Positions 12,801 through 27,800 of a DNA stretch of 64,000 nt are shown here, in pieces. Origin of the DNA: Haliotis rufescens (lineage: Eukaryota); NCBI RefSeq assembly GCF_023055435.1, contig NW_025964112.1, positions 21,204,001-21,268,000 on the forward strand. Reading direction: 5' to 3'. The notes under the pieces are model-generated. The model saw only the letters and a program-made list of their open reading frames with translations. It had not been told where the DNA came from and did not search any database. The translations under genes were made by a program, and so were the position numbers. Numbering within the stretch: position 1 is the first letter of the stretch; the number at the start of each line of letters is the position of its first letter.

Positions 12801-15800
12801 GTCTGTTGAAATTACTTATCTAGGAAATAACTTATCTAAGGAAAATATGGAACTAATATAAATAAATATTGGTTTTCTGATGGCTTATAAAGAACTTTCT
12901 TGAATGAGAGTATTCCCAAGTTTGTCTCAGTATCTACAAACTGCATACTTTCCTGTCATAGATGCAGTCAGGCATCATAGATTTCTTATCTGATATTTTA
13001 CATAAGAAACTGACATGTTCGAGGAATAGTTCATCAGGTCTATGGTTTCACCATACTTTCCGTATTACACCCCATTCCTCCACTAGCTGTGCCCACCTGA
13101 GGCTAAAACACAACACCTAAAGTCTCTTATCCTATGATCTGTTAGTAGCCATTATTGTAATAATAACTGACAACAGCAGATGGAGAATTGGCCAGAGACA
13201 TGATTGCCCGACCCATGGCGCTATAAAGGGGAGGTATAATCGCCCCCTCTGCTGAGTCCAGAATGGGATGCAGATCTGTACAGCAGCATTCCCAATGCCT
13301 GACACCATCCCACTATCAACAGGTTCCTCACAAGTGGCAACTCTTGGGGTTGCCACGGTGATCCACGGATGTCGGCCATCTTGGAACTATCTCTGAGAGG
13401 GGGAAGTTTTGTGAGTTCTCATGGCTTGGCTGCTCAGAGCCTAAACTCCTCGGATAAAGTAGTTTTGTTTCGTCTGGAATTATTTCTTCATTGTAGAAGG
13501 ATGTGAAGTGATATCATGTATTTTGAGGATGGATTAAGGACTAAGTTGTTTGTTTTGTGACAAGTTCGTTGGATTGCATATCTGCCTTCTGGGATACCTC
13601 TAGCAGTGTGAAGGCAAGTTTCTCATTGGTGTGTTCATGTGGAAACAGGTAATGTCATGATCATGAAATCAAAATAATAACATGAAGAACATGGTTATAT
13701 GCATGATACAAATCATGTAACATATGTTTATTTCAATGAGACTTGTTGAAAACTTTGAAACCAATTAGTTCTCACCCAAAATGATATGCCTGATGCATTG
13801 ACATGTTGATAATATGGATTTATATGATTGTACTAAGACATTTGGTCTAACAGAATTGGGTAGGGTAGAGGAAGCCAGGGTTTTTGCCAGGGATGTTTTT
13901 GTGAAGTTATTGTATGTGTTGTGCAGAATACTGGTCTTGATACCTACAGGTTGAAACAAGTACACCAACACCCACAGCAAATGTCAGACTCCCATTACAT
14001 ACAGTCAAACTCTTTGATGCTCAGAATCTGCCAGAAATCTCAATTGTAATGAGAATCACATTTGTACAGGTTTATCAATTGTTGCTAGAAGTGTTTCCAA
14101 GATTTGTTTTGAATTTGGGTGGATGGCGTCAAATGTGATTCATGTGACCTGATTTCTGCAACCTCCACGGTGCCCTCCCTCCCTTCCTCTCCCCCTCTCC
14201 CCCACCCCACCTCTCCAGATGTCAGTGTGTATGCACATGTGAGTAAAGGCCATACACTAGATGGGCAGTCAGGCTGCTGGCATTAACATAACTGCAGGCT
14301 CTGTTGGGAGGTTAATGATAAAAGTAGGACATGATATCACATAAGCTATCATTTTCAAACAGGACTGGACAGTCTCAGCAGAATGTCAGTACAGGAACAT
14401 AATTTTGAGTTGTGCAGCTTAAATGGCATTAAAATAAGTTTCAAATAAATCAGGTACATGTTGTACATTGATTCCACTGTTTGACTGGCCACAAACGTTA
14501 ATCAAACGATACTCTGACAGCTCAGATTCTGTTTGGAATGCCTGGGTAGTACCATAATACCAGAATCAAATCAGTTTCCACTGACTTTGTTCATGCTGTG
14601 AGGTTCAAGTGCTCATTCCTCTTCATCTCGTTGTTATGGACAGCAACAAGACTTGGAGTTTATTTCTCTGCAACAAGATAGGCATTCAGTGCATATGTCG
14701 AAATTATCAAGACATACACCAGAGATTTTCTGTCTTGTGTAGCTGACATATTTAAATGATTAGGTAAGTTAGCACTCATGTTCATATTCAGAGCACCATG
14801 TTCAAAATGGAAACTTTATGAACATATATCTCATGGTTAGTTCAACAGTGTGTTTCGGATGTTGGCACACATTTTCTATTGTACATAGTATTCATTTTGC
14901 ATCTGTATGTTTATGTTTCAGATCCACGGTTCCCTGATTCAGGAAAAGTAGAATTTGTGTTTGGTCCACGGTCTGATGGTTTGGTTTCAGGTGAGTACTT
15001 CTATGTCCTTCTACTGTATAATGTATAACTAGTGTGTCCAGCAGAGAACAACTTCTATGTCCTTCTACTGCATAATGTATAACTAGTGTGTCCAGTGAGG
15101 GAGAACTTCTATGTCCTTCTACTGCATAATGAATAACTAGTGTGTCCAGTGAGGGAGAACTTCTATGTCCTTCTACTGTATAATGTATAACTACTGTGTC
15201 CAGTGAGGGAGAACTTCTATGTCCTTCTACTGTATAATGTATAACTAGTGTGTCCAGTGAGGGACAACTTCTATGTCCTTCTACTGTATAATGTATAACT
15301 AGTGTGTCCAGTGAGGGAGAACTTCTATGTCCTTCTACTGTATAATGTATAACTAGTGTGTCCAGCAGGGGATAACTTCTATGTCCTTCTAGTGTATAAT
15401 GTATAACTAGTGTGTCCAGTGAGGGAGAACTTCTATGTCCTTCTACTGTATAATGTATAACTAGTGTGTCCAGTGAGGGAGAACTTCTATGTCCTTCTAC
15501 TGTATAATGTATATCTAGTCAGTCCAGTGGGGGAGAACTTCTATGTCCTTCTACTGTATAATGTATAACTAGTGTGTCCAGCAGGGGAGAACTTCTATGT
15601 CCTTCTACTGTATAATGTATAACTAGTGTGTCCAGTGAGGGAGAACTTCTATGTCCTTCTACTGTATAATGAATAACTAGTGTGTCCAGCAGGGGAGAAC
15701 TTCTATGTCCTTCTACTGTATAATGTATAACTAGTGTGTCCAGTGAGGGAGAACTTCTATGTCCTTCTACTGTATAATGTATAACTAGTGTGTCCAGTGA

Positions 15801-18800
15801 GGGAGAACTTCTATGTCCTTCTACTGTATAATGTATAACTAGTGTGTTCAGCGGGGGAGAACTTCTATGTCCTTCTACTGTGTAATGTATAACTAGTGTG
15901 TCCAGCAGGGCAGAACGTCTATGTCCTTCTACTGTATAATGTATAACTAGTGTGTCCAGCAGGGCAGAACGTCTATGTCCTTCTACTGTATAATGTATAA
16001 CTAGTGTGTCCAGTGAGGGAGAACTTCTATATCCTTCTACTGTGTAATGTATATCTAGTCAGTCCAGTGGGGGAGAACTTGTATGTCCTTCTACTGTATA
16101 ATGTATAACTAGTGTGTCCAGCAGGGGAGAACTTCTATGTCCTTCTACTGTGTAATGTAAAACTAGTGTGTTCAGCAGGGGAGAACTTCTATGTCCTTCT
16201 ACTGTATAATGTATAACTAGTGTGTCCAGCAGGGCAGAACGTCTATGTCCTTCTACTGTATATTGTATAACTAGTGTGTCCAGTGAGGGAGAACTTCTAT
16301 GTCCTTCTACTGTATAATGTATAACTAGTGTGTCCAGCAGGGGAGAACTTCTATGTCCTTCTACTGTGTAATGTAAAACTAGTGTGTTCAGCAGGGGAGA
16401 ACTTCTATGTCCTTCTACTGTATAATGTATAACTAGTGTGTTCAGCGGGGGAGAACTTCTATGTCCTTCTACTGTGTAATGTTTATCTAGTGTGTCCAGT
16501 GAGGAAGAACTTCTATGTCCTACGACTGTATAATGTATAACTAGTGTGTCCAGCAGGGGAGAACTTGTATGTCCTTCTACTGTATAATGTATAACTAGTG
16601 TGTTCAGCGGGGGAGAACTTCTCTGTCCTTCTGTTGTATAATGTATAACTAGTGTGTTCAGCAGGGGAGAACTTGTATGTCCTTCTACTGTATAATGTAT
16701 AACTAGTGTGGCCAGCAGGGGAGAACTTCTATGTCCTTCTACTGTATAATGTATAACAAGTGTGTCCAGCAGGGGAGAACTTCTATGTCCTTCTACTGTA
16801 TAATGTATAACAAGTGTGTCCAGCAGGGGAGAACTTCTATGTCCTTCTACTGTATAATGTATAACTAGTGTGTTCAGCAGGGGAGAACTTCTATGTCCTT
16901 CTACTGTATAATGTATAACTAGTGTGTCCAGCAGGGGAGAACTTCTATGTCCTTCTACTGTATAATGTATAACTAGTGTGTTCAGCAGGGGAGAACTTCT
17001 ATGTCCTTCTTCTGTATAATGTATAACTAGTGTGTTCAGCGGGGGAGAACTTCTATGTCCTTCTACTGTATAATGTATAACTAGTGTGTCCAGTGAGGGA
17101 GAACTTCTATCTCCTTCTACTGTATAATGTATAACTAGTGTGTCCAGCAAGGGACAACTTCTATGTCCTTCTACTGTATAATGTATAACTAGTGTGTCCA
17201 GTGAGGGACAACTTCTATGTCCTTCTACTGTATAATGTATAACTAGTGTGTCCAGTGAGGGAGAACTTCTATGTCCTTCTACTGTATAATGTATAACTAG
17301 TGTGTCCAGTGAGGGACAACTTCTATGTCCTTCTACTGTATAATGTATAACTACTGTGTCCAGCAGGGAACAACTTCTATGTCCTTCCACTGATAAAGGT
17401 ATAACTAGTGTCTCCAGCAGGGCAGATTGTCTATGTCCTTCTACTGTATAATGTATAACTAGTTTGTCCAGCAGGGGACAACTTCTATGTCCTTCTACTG
17501 TATAATGTATAACTAGTGTGTCCAGTGAGGGACAACTTCTATGTCCTTCTACTGTATAATGTATAACTAGTGTGTCCAGTGAGGGACAACTTCTATGTCC
17601 TTCCACTGCATAATGTATAACTAGTGTGTCCAACAGGGAACAACTTCTATGTCCTTCTACTGTATAATGTATAACTAGTGTGTCCAGCAGGGCAGAACGT
17701 CTATGTCCTTCTGTTGTATAATGTATAACTAGTGTGTCCAGCAGGGCAGAACGTCTATGTCCTTCTGTTGTATAATGTATAACTAGTGTGTCCAGCAGGG
17801 CAGAACGTCTATGTCCTTCTGTTGTATAATGTATAACTAGTGTGTCCAGCAGGGCAGAACGTCTATGTCCTCCTACTGTATATTGTATAACTAGTGTGTC
17901 CAGTGAGGGAGAACTTCTATGTCCTTCTACTGTATAATGTATAACTAGTGTGTCCAGCAGGGGAGAACTTCTATGTCCTTCTACTGTGTAATGTAAAACT
18001 AGTGTGTTCAGCAGGGGAGAACTTCTATGTCCTTCTACTGTATAATGTATAACTAGTGTGTTCAGCGGGGGAGAACTTCTATGTCCTTCTACTGTGTAAT
18101 GTTTATCTAGTGTGTCCAGTGAGGAAGAACTTCTATGTCCTACGACTGTATAATGTATAACTAGTGTGTCCAGCAGGGGAGAACTTGTATGTCCTTCTAC
18201 TGTATAATGTATAACTAGTGTGTTCAGCGGGGGAGAACTTCTCTGTCCTTCTGTTGTATAATGTATAACTAGTGTGTTCAGCAGGGGAGAACTTGTATGT
18301 CCTTCTACTGTATAATGTATAACTAGTGTGGCCAGCAGGGGAGAACTTCTATGTCCTTCTACTGTATAATGTATAAGTAGTGTGTCCAGCAGGGGAGAAC
18401 TTCTATGTCCTTCTACTGTATAATGTATAACAAGTGTGTCCAGCAGGGGAGAACTTCTATGTCCTTCTACTGTATAATGTATAACTAGTGTGTTCAGCAG
18501 GGGAGAACTTCTATGTCCTTCTACTGTATAATGTATAACTAGTGTGTCCAGCAGGGGAGAACTTCTATGTCCTTCTACTGTATAATGTATAACTAGTGTG
18601 TCCAGCAGGGGAGAACTTCTATGTCCTTCTACTGTGTAATGTAAAACTAGTGTGTTCAGCAGGGGAGAACTTCTATGTCCTTCTACTGTATAATGTATAA
18701 CTAGTGTGTTCAGCGGGGGAGAACTTCTATGTCCTTCTACTGTGTAATGTTTATCTAGTGTGTCCAGTGAGGAAGAACTTCTATGTCCTACGACTGTATA

Positions 18801-21800
18801 ATGTATAACTAGTGTGTCCAGCAGGGGAGAACTTGTATGTCCTTCTACTGTATAATGTATAACTAGTGTGTTCAGCGGGGGAGAACTTCTCTGTCCTTCT
18901 GTTGTATAATGTATAACTAGTGTGTTCAGCAGGGGAGAACTTGTATGTCCTTCTACTGTATAATGTATAACTAGTGTGTCCAGCAGGGGAGAACTTCTAT
19001 GTCCTTCTACTGTATAATGTATAAGTAGTGTGTCCAGCAGGGGAGAACTTCTATGTCCTTCTACTGTATAATGTATAACAAGTGTGTCCAGCAGGGGAGA
19101 ACTTCTATGTCCTTCTACTGTATAATGTATAACTAGTGTGTTCAGCAGGGGAGAACTTCTATGTCCTTCTACTGTATAATGTATAACTAGTGTGTCCAGC
19201 AGGGGAGAACTTCTATGTCCTTCTACTGTATAATGTATAACTAGTGTGTTCAGCAGGGGAGAACTTCTATCTCCTTCTACTGTATAATGTATAACTAGTG
19301 TGTCCAGCAAGGGACAACTTCTATGTCCTTCTACTGTATAATGTATAACTAGTGTGTCCAGTGAGGGACAACTTCGATGTCCTTCTACTGTATAATGTAT
19401 AACTAGTCAGTCCAGCAGGGGACAACTTCTATGTCCTTCTACTGTATAATGTATAACTACTGTGTCCAGCCGGGAACAACTTCTATGTCCTTCCACTGAT
19501 AAAGGTATAACTAGTGTCTCCAGCAGGGCAGATTGTCTATGTCCTTCTCCTGTATAATGTATAACTAGTTTGTCCAGCAGGGGACAACTTCTATGTCCTT
19601 CTACTGTATAATGTATAACTAGTGTGTCCAGTGAGGGACAACTTCTATGTCCTTCTACTGTATAATGTATAACTAGTGTGTCCAGTGAGGGACAACTTCT
19701 ATGTCCTTCCACTGCATAATGTATAACTAGTGTGTCCAACAGGGAACAACTTCTATGTCCTTCTACTGTATAATGTATAACTAGTGTGTCCAGCAGGGCA
19801 GAACGTCTATGTCCTTCTGTTGTATAATGTATAACTAGTGTGTCCAGCAGGGCAGAACGTCTATGTCCTTCTGTTGTATAATGTATAACTAGTGTGTCCA
19901 GCAGGGGAGAACGTCTATGTCCTTCTGTTGCATAATGTATAACTAGTGAGTCCAGTGGGGGAGAACTTCTATGTCCTTCTACTGTATAATGTATAACTAG
20001 TGTGTCCAGTGGGGGACAACTTCTATGTCCTTCCACTGCATAATGTATAACTAGTGAGTCCAGTGGGGGAGAACTTCTATGTCCTTCTACTGTATAATGT
20101 ATAACTAGTGAGTCCAGTGGGGGAGAACTTCTATGTCCTTCTACTGTATAATGTATAACTTGTGTGTTCAGCGGGGGAGAACTTCTATGTCCTTCTACTG
20201 TATAATGTTTATCTAGTGTGTCCAGTGAGGAAGAACTTCTATGTCCTACGACTGTATAATGTATAACTAGTGTGTCCAGCAGGGGAGAACTTGTATGTCC
20301 TTCTACTGTATAATGTATAACTAGTGTGTTCAGCGGGGGAGAACTTCTCTGTCCTTCTGTTGTATAATGTATAACTAGTGTGTTCAGCAGGGGAGAACTT
20401 GTATGTCCTTCTACTGTATAATGTATAACTAGTGTGTCCAGCAGGGGAGAACTTCTATGTCCTTCTACTGTATAATGTATAAGTAGTGTGTCCAGCAGGG
20501 GAGAACTTCTATGTCCTTCTACTGTATAATGTATAACAAGTGTGTCCAGCAGGGGAGAACTTCTATGTCCTTCTACTGTATAATGTATAACTAGTGTGTT
20601 CAGCAGGGGAGAACTTCTATGTCCTTCTACTGTATAATGTATAACTAGTGTGTCCAGCAGGGGAGAACTTCTATGTCCTTCTACTGTATAATGTATAACT
20701 AGTGTGTTCAGCAGGGGAGAACTTCTATCTCCTTCTACTGTATAATGTATAACTAGTGTGTCCAGCAAGGGACAACTTCTATGTCCTTCTACTGTATAAT
20801 GTATAACTAGTGTGTCCAGTGAGGGACAACTTCTATGTCCTTCTACTGTATAATGTATAACTAGTGTGTCCAGTGAGGGACAACTTCGATGTCCTTCTAC
20901 TGTATAATGTATAACTAGTCAGTCCAGCAGGGGACAACTTCTATGTCCTTCTACTGTATAATGTATAACTACTGTGTCCAGCAGGGAACAACTTCTATGT
21001 CCTTCCACTGATAAAGGTATAACTAGTGTCTCCAGCAGGGCAGATTGTCTATGTCCTTCTACTGTATAATGTATAACTAGTTTGTCCAGCAGGGGACAAC
21101 TTCTATGTCCTTCTACTGTATAATGTATAACTAGTGTGTCCAGTGAGGGACAACTTCTATGTCCTTCTACTGTATAATGTATAACTAGTGTGTCCAGTGA
21201 GGGACAACTTCTATGTCCTTCCACTGCATAATGTATAACTAGTGTGTCCAACAGGGAACAACTTCTATGTCCTTCTACTGTATAATGTATAACTAGTGTG
21301 TCCAGCAGGGCAGAACGTCTATGTCCTTCTGTTGTATAATGTATAACTAGTGTGTCCAGCAGGGCAGAACGTCTATGTCCTTCTGTTGTATAATGTATAA
21401 CTAGTGTGTCCAGCAGGGCAGAACGTCTATGTCCTTCTGTTGTATAATGTATAACTAGTGTGTCCAGCAGGGCAGAACGTCTATGTCCTCCTACTGTATA
21501 TTGTATAACTAGTGTGTCCAGTGAGGGAGAACTTCTATGTCCTTCTACTGTATAATGTATAACTAGTGTGTCCAGCAGGGGAGAACTTCTATGTCCTTCT
21601 ACTGTGTAATGTAAAACTAGTGTGTTCAGCAGGGGAGAACTTCTATGTCCTTCTACTGTATAATGTATAACTAGTGTGTTCAGCGGGGGAGAACTTCTAT
21701 GTCCTTCTACTGTGTAATGTTTATCTAGTGTGTCCAGTGAGGAAGAACTTCTATGTCCTACGACTGTATAATGTATAACTAGTGTGTCCAGCAGGGGAGA

Positions 21801-24800
21801 ACTTGTATGTCCTTCTACTGTATAATGTATAACTAGTGTGTTCAGCGGGGGAGAACTTCTCTGTCCTTCTGTTGTATAATGTATAACTAGTGTGTTCAGC
21901 AGGGGAGAACTTGTATGTCCTTCTACTGTATAATGTATAACTAGTGTGGCCAGCAGGGGAGAACTTCTATGTCCTTCTACTGTATAATGTATAAGTAGTG
22001 TGTCCAGCAGGGGAGAACTTCTATGTCCTTCTACTGTATAATGTATAACAAGTGTGTCCAGCAGGGGAGAACTTCTATGTCCTTCTACTGTATAATGTAT
22101 AACTAGTGTGTTCAGCAGGGGAGAACTTCTATGTCCTTCTACTGTATAATGTATAACTAGTGTGTCCAGCAGGGGAGAACTTCTATGTCCTTCTACTGTA
22201 TAATGTATAACTAGTGTGTCCAGCAGGGGAGAACTTCTATGTCCTTCTACTGTGTAATGTAAAACTAGTGTGTTCAGCAGGGGAGAACTTCTATGTCCTT
22301 CTACTGTATAATGTATAACTAGTGTGTTCAGCGGGGGAGAACTTCTATGTCCTTCTACTGTGTAATGTTTATCTAGTGTGTCCAGTGAGGAAGAACTTCT
22401 ATGTCCTACGACTGTATAATGTATAACTAGTGTGTCCAGCAGGGGAGAACTTGTATGTCCTTCTACTGTATAATGTATAACTAGTGTGTTCAGCGGGGGA
22501 GAACTTCTCTGTCCTTCTGTTGTATAATGTATAACTAGTGTGTTCAGCAGGGGAGAACTTGTATGTCCTTCTACTGTATAATGTATAACTAGTGTGTCCA
22601 GCAGGGGAGAACTTCTATGTCCTTCTACTGTATAATGTATAAGTAGTGTGTCCAGCAGGGGAGAACTTCTATGTCCTTCTACTGTATAATGTATAACAAG
22701 TGTGTCCAGCAGGGGAGAACTTCTATGTCCTTCTACTGTATAATGTATAACTAGTGTGTTCAGCAGGGGAGAACTTCTATGTCCTTCTACTGTATAATGT
22801 ATAACTAGTGTGTCCAGCAGGGGAGAACTTCTATGTCCTTCTACTGTATAATGTATAACTAGTGTGTTCAGCAGGGGAGAACTTCTATCTCCTTCTACTG
22901 TATAATGTATAACTAGTGTGTCCAGCAAGGGACAACTTCTATGTCCTTCTACTGTATAATGTATAACTAGTGTGTCCAGTGAGGGACAACTTCTATGTCC
23001 TTCTACTGTATAATGTATAACTAGTGTGTCCAGTGAGGGACAACTTCGATGTCCTTCTACTGTATAATGTATAACTAGTCAGTCCAGCAGGGGACAACTT
23101 CTATGTCCTTCTTCTGTATAATGTATAACTACTGTGTCCAGCACGGAACAACTTCTATGTCCTTCCACTGATAAAGGTATAACTAGTGTCTCCAGCAGGG
23201 CAGATTGTCTATGTCCTTCTCCTGTATAATGTATAACTAGTTTGTCCAGCAGGGGACAACTTCTATGTCCTTCTACTGTATAATGTATAACTAGTGTGTC
23301 CAGTGAGGGACAACTTCTATGTCCTTCTACTGTATAATGTATAACTAGTGTGTCCAGTGAGGGACAACTTCTATGTCCTTCCACTGCATAATGTATAACT
23401 AGTGTGTCCAACAGGGAACAACTTCTATGTCCTTCTACTGTATAATGTATAACTAGTGTGTCCAGCAGGGCAGAACGTCTATGTCCTTCTGTTGTATAAT
23501 GTATAACTAGTGTGTCCAGCAGGGCAGAACGTCTATGTCCTTCTGTTGTATAATGTATAACTAGTGTGTCCAGCAGGGGAGAACGTCTATGTCCTTCCAC
23601 TGCATAATGTATAACTAGTGAGTCCAGTGGGGGAGAACTTCTATGTCCTTCTACTGTATAATGTATAACTTGTGTGTTCAGCGGGGGAGAACTTCTTTGT
23701 CCTTCTGTTGTATAATGTATAACTAGTGTGTCCAGCAGGGGAGAACTTCTATGTCCTACGACTGTATAATGTATAACTAGTGTGTCCAGCAGAGGAGAAC
23801 TTCTATGTCCTTCTGTTGTATAATGTATAACTAGTGTGTTCAGTGAGGGTGAACTTCTATGTCCTTCTACTGTATAATGTATAACTAGTGTGTCCAGTGA
23901 GGGACAACTTCTATGTCCTTCTACTGTATAATGTATAACTAGTCAGTCCACCAGGGGACAACTTCTATGTCCTTCTACTGTATAACGTATAACTAGTGTG
24001 TCCAGTGAGGGTGAACTTCTATGTCCTTCTACTGTATAATGTATAACTAGTGTGTCCAGCAAGGGACAACTTCTATGTCCTTCTACTGTATAATGTATAA
24101 CTAGTGTGTCCAGTGAGGGACAACTTCTATGTCCTTCTACTGTATAATGTATAACTAGTGTGTCCAGTGAGGGAGAACTTCTATGTCCTTCTACTGTATA
24201 ATGTATAACTAGTGTGTCCAGCAGGGGACAACTTCTATGTCCTTCTACTGTATAATGTATAACTAGTGTGTCCAGTGAGGGACAACTTCTATGTCCTTCT
24301 ACTGTATAATGTATAACTAGTGTGTCCAGTGAGGGACAACTTCTATGTCCTTCTACTGTATAATGTATAACTAGTGTGTCCAGTGAGGGAGAACTTCTAT
24401 GTCCTTCTACTGTATAATGTATAACTAGTGTGTCCAGCAAGGGACAACTTCTATGTCCTTCTACTGTATAATGTATAACTACTGTGTCCAGTGAGGGACA
24501 ACTTCTATGTCCTACGACTTTATAATGTATAACTAGTGAATCCAGTGGGTGAGAACATCTATGTCCTTCTGTTGCATAATGTATAACTAGTGTGTCCAGC
24601 AGGGGACAACTTCTATGTCCTTCTACTGTATAATGTATATCTAGTCAGTCCAGTGGGGGAGAAGTTCTATGTCCTTCTACTGTGTAATGTATAACTAGTG
24701 TGTTCAGCAGGGGAGAACTTCTATGTCCTTCTACTGTGTAATGTATAACTAGTGTGTTCAGCAGGGGAGAACTTCTATGTCCTTCTACTGTGTAATGTAT

Positions 24801-27800
24801 AACTAGTGTGTTCAGCAGGGGAGAACTTCTATGTCCTTCTACTGTGTAATGTATAACTAGTGTGTTCAGCAGGGGAGAACTTCTATGTCCTTCTACTGTA
24901 TAATGTATAACTAGTGTGTCCAGTGGGGGAGAACTTCTATGTCCTTCCACTGTATAATGTATAACTAGTGTGTTCAGCAGGGGAGAACTTCTATGTCCTT
25001 CTACTGTATAATGTATATCTAGTCAGTCCAGTGGGGGAGAAGTTCTATGTCCTTCTACTGTGTAATGTATAACTAGTGTGTTCAGCAGGGGAGAACTTCT
25101 ATGTCCTTCTACTGTGTAATGTATAACTAGTGTGTTCAGCAGGGGAGAACTTCTATGTCCTTCTACTGTATAATGTATAACTAGTGTGTCCAGTGGGGGA
25201 GAACTTCTATGTCCTTCCACTGTATAATGTATAACTAGTGTGTTCAGCAGGGGAGAACTTCTTTGTCCTTCTACTGTATAATGTATATCTAGTCAGTCCA
25301 GTGGGGGAGAAGTTCTATGTCCTTCTACTGTATAATGTATAACTAGTGTTTCCAGTGGGGGAGAACTTCTATATCCTTCTACTGTGTAATGTATATCTAG
25401 TCTGTCCAGCAGGGGAGAACGTCTATGTCCTTCTGTTGTATAATGTATAACTAGTCTGTCCAGCAGGGAAGAACTTCTATGTCCTTCTACTGTATAATGT
25501 ATAACTAGTGTGTTCAGCAGGGGGAGAACTTCTATGTCCTTCTACTTCTTAATGTATAACTGGTTTGTCCAGCAAGACGGCAGGCACAATGATCAACACA
25601 CAGATCTTGAGTCCATACTGGATAACAGATCTCAGCCACAGAAAATGTTGTGTTCATCTTTCTAAACTCCACCAAAGTGACCTCAAACTAAATATTGAAT
25701 TAGGAAGACACTCCAGACCTCCAGTACCTTTAAATCAACGACTTTGTTCTTATTGTGCCATATATTGATTATAGCAAATAATGACTTCAACACCATAAAT
25801 AATATGTCANNNNNNNNNNNNNNNNNNNNNNNNNNNNNNNNNNNNNNNNNNNNNNNNNNNNNNNNNNNNNNNNNNNNNNNNNNNNNNNNNNNNNNNNNNN
25901 NNNNNNNNNNNNNNNNNNNNNNNNNNNNNNNNNNNNNTTCTGTAAGTACTCTCTACAGGTATGTTTGTGTCAATTGATCATGTGTATGTCTACAAAATTG
26001 CCTCTGTTCCATGATTGAATGTTTCTTGCAGTAAATATATTCTATTTTATCTTATCTTACTGGATCCGGAAACAAATATTTGAAAGGCTATTCCAGTATC
26101 TAAATATGTATACAAGTTGGGTCTACTTCAGTATTCCCTTCTTGTGTTCTACCTCAAATAGCAAATGATTCCACTAGGTCAAAGTGACCCAAATTAATTA
26201 CACAGACTGTGAGCTCCAGTAATAAACAACATTTTAGCATTAGTAGTGGTTGCCAAAGAACACTATTACTGTTTTGTCTTGCTAGCTAAACATCCAAACG
26301 TCTTAACCAAGACTACAGCCGGACTAATACTACCTAGTAAAACTAAACTGAAAAATCATTACAAGTTTCATGTATGACCTCAACTAAAATTTCAGAGCAG
26401 TTTGACAGGGCTTGTTTACTGATTCCCTTGTACAGTTGCCAATAACAATAACACATACATTTCATGGAAGGGTTGAAGTGGGCAAAAACTAATTATTGCA
26501 CATCAACATGAAGTAGCATTGCTGTAACATCCCACCGTTTCCGACTCTTAGCATATGTGTATAAAACTGTGCAACCAAATCTGCAAGTGTTTGTTAGTGG
26601 CAGTCTTTTCTCAGTGCTGACTCACCTTCACAATGAAGGTGAACCTTGATGATGCCTGTCCCATTTTTAGCAGCACATTTTTTTGTAAATAGATTGGTTT
26701 GCAAAGATGCACTGGGTGGTGGTATGCACTGATTGTGGTCCTGCCAACAGTATTAGGACATAGTTAGAAGTACAAAAACTGCAGCCGAGCGTAGCTGAAA
26801 TAAACATGATAAGGTATGGGATGGAATGTTCAGAATCTTGTCAGGGACTTGGCTTGTCACTCAGAATGAAATCAACATATGAAATCTACAAGTAAATGAT
26901 AAAGTATGTTTATGTAGACTGCTATTAAGGCTGAGTGTTTGGCAGCAAACAGTTTTAGACTTCCTGGGAGGTGGTTGCCCATGTTTGGAACACATCACTT
27001 GGTTGTCGGTAACATAGTCACAATTCAAACCCTGCAAACCATTTAGTTGTCAGCATGGAGTCAGCTGTTTAAGTCTGTCTCCCAGGCCCTTAGTACAAAC
27101 TGCAAAAGGAATCCAGTTCAAGTCAGAATGATTTGGCAAATCTAGATTGCCTCAGCTCTAGGAAATGAAGCATTGTTCTGGTCTCCATTTGGATATTATA
27201 TATTTTGTAGATATTTAATTCTAAATAAGATAAATCGATTTCTGAGGTTAAATGTTAGTCTCTCAACTGTTTATGACATGGTTCATATCACAGTATTCAG
27301 CAACAATTAGCAAACAAAAGTCTGTGTTCTTGGTTATGTTTACAGTTCATAGTGGTGAAATTGCCAAGTACAAACATTACCGATGAAAATATATTAAGGT
27401 TTTTCTTGAAAACATTTTCCTAAAATATTCCCCAATAATTTGTCAAATTCTAGAAGTGGTCTTACATATACTAGCATCATTAGACTGAGATACTACTATT
27501 GTCATTAGACTGAGATCCATATCAAACCAGAGGCTGCTACATTTGTGAAATAAGGGGAAATATATGTTTGCCAAGCAGTGTAATTTATATAGGTAATAAA
27601 TGTGACCCACATATAGATATCAGAACCACCCATGCTGTTGAAAGCTGATATGGCCTGTGACCACGTGTAATAGATCAAGGTTAACCAAGCCCACACTTCT
27701 ACAGTTGGACCAAGCTCAGACAGTTTCCATAGTTACATCATTTTGTAATTTAACCTTGAAAGTTGAATGGCATCATGCAATTTATACAGGGCTGTTCATT

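Noticed and set aside
16059-25220. Long minus-strand ORFs up to 1083 aa ([17 protein letters not shown] repeats) as a repeat-protein gene
   Set aside because: The unit is 54 bp and lacks a stop in one frame by chance. There are no unique termini, starts are non-ATG, stops are scattered, and the array lies antisense within an intron.
14988-25574. CRISPR-like array
   Set aside because: Head-to-tail repeats with no unique spacers and no cas genes, in a eukaryotic context.
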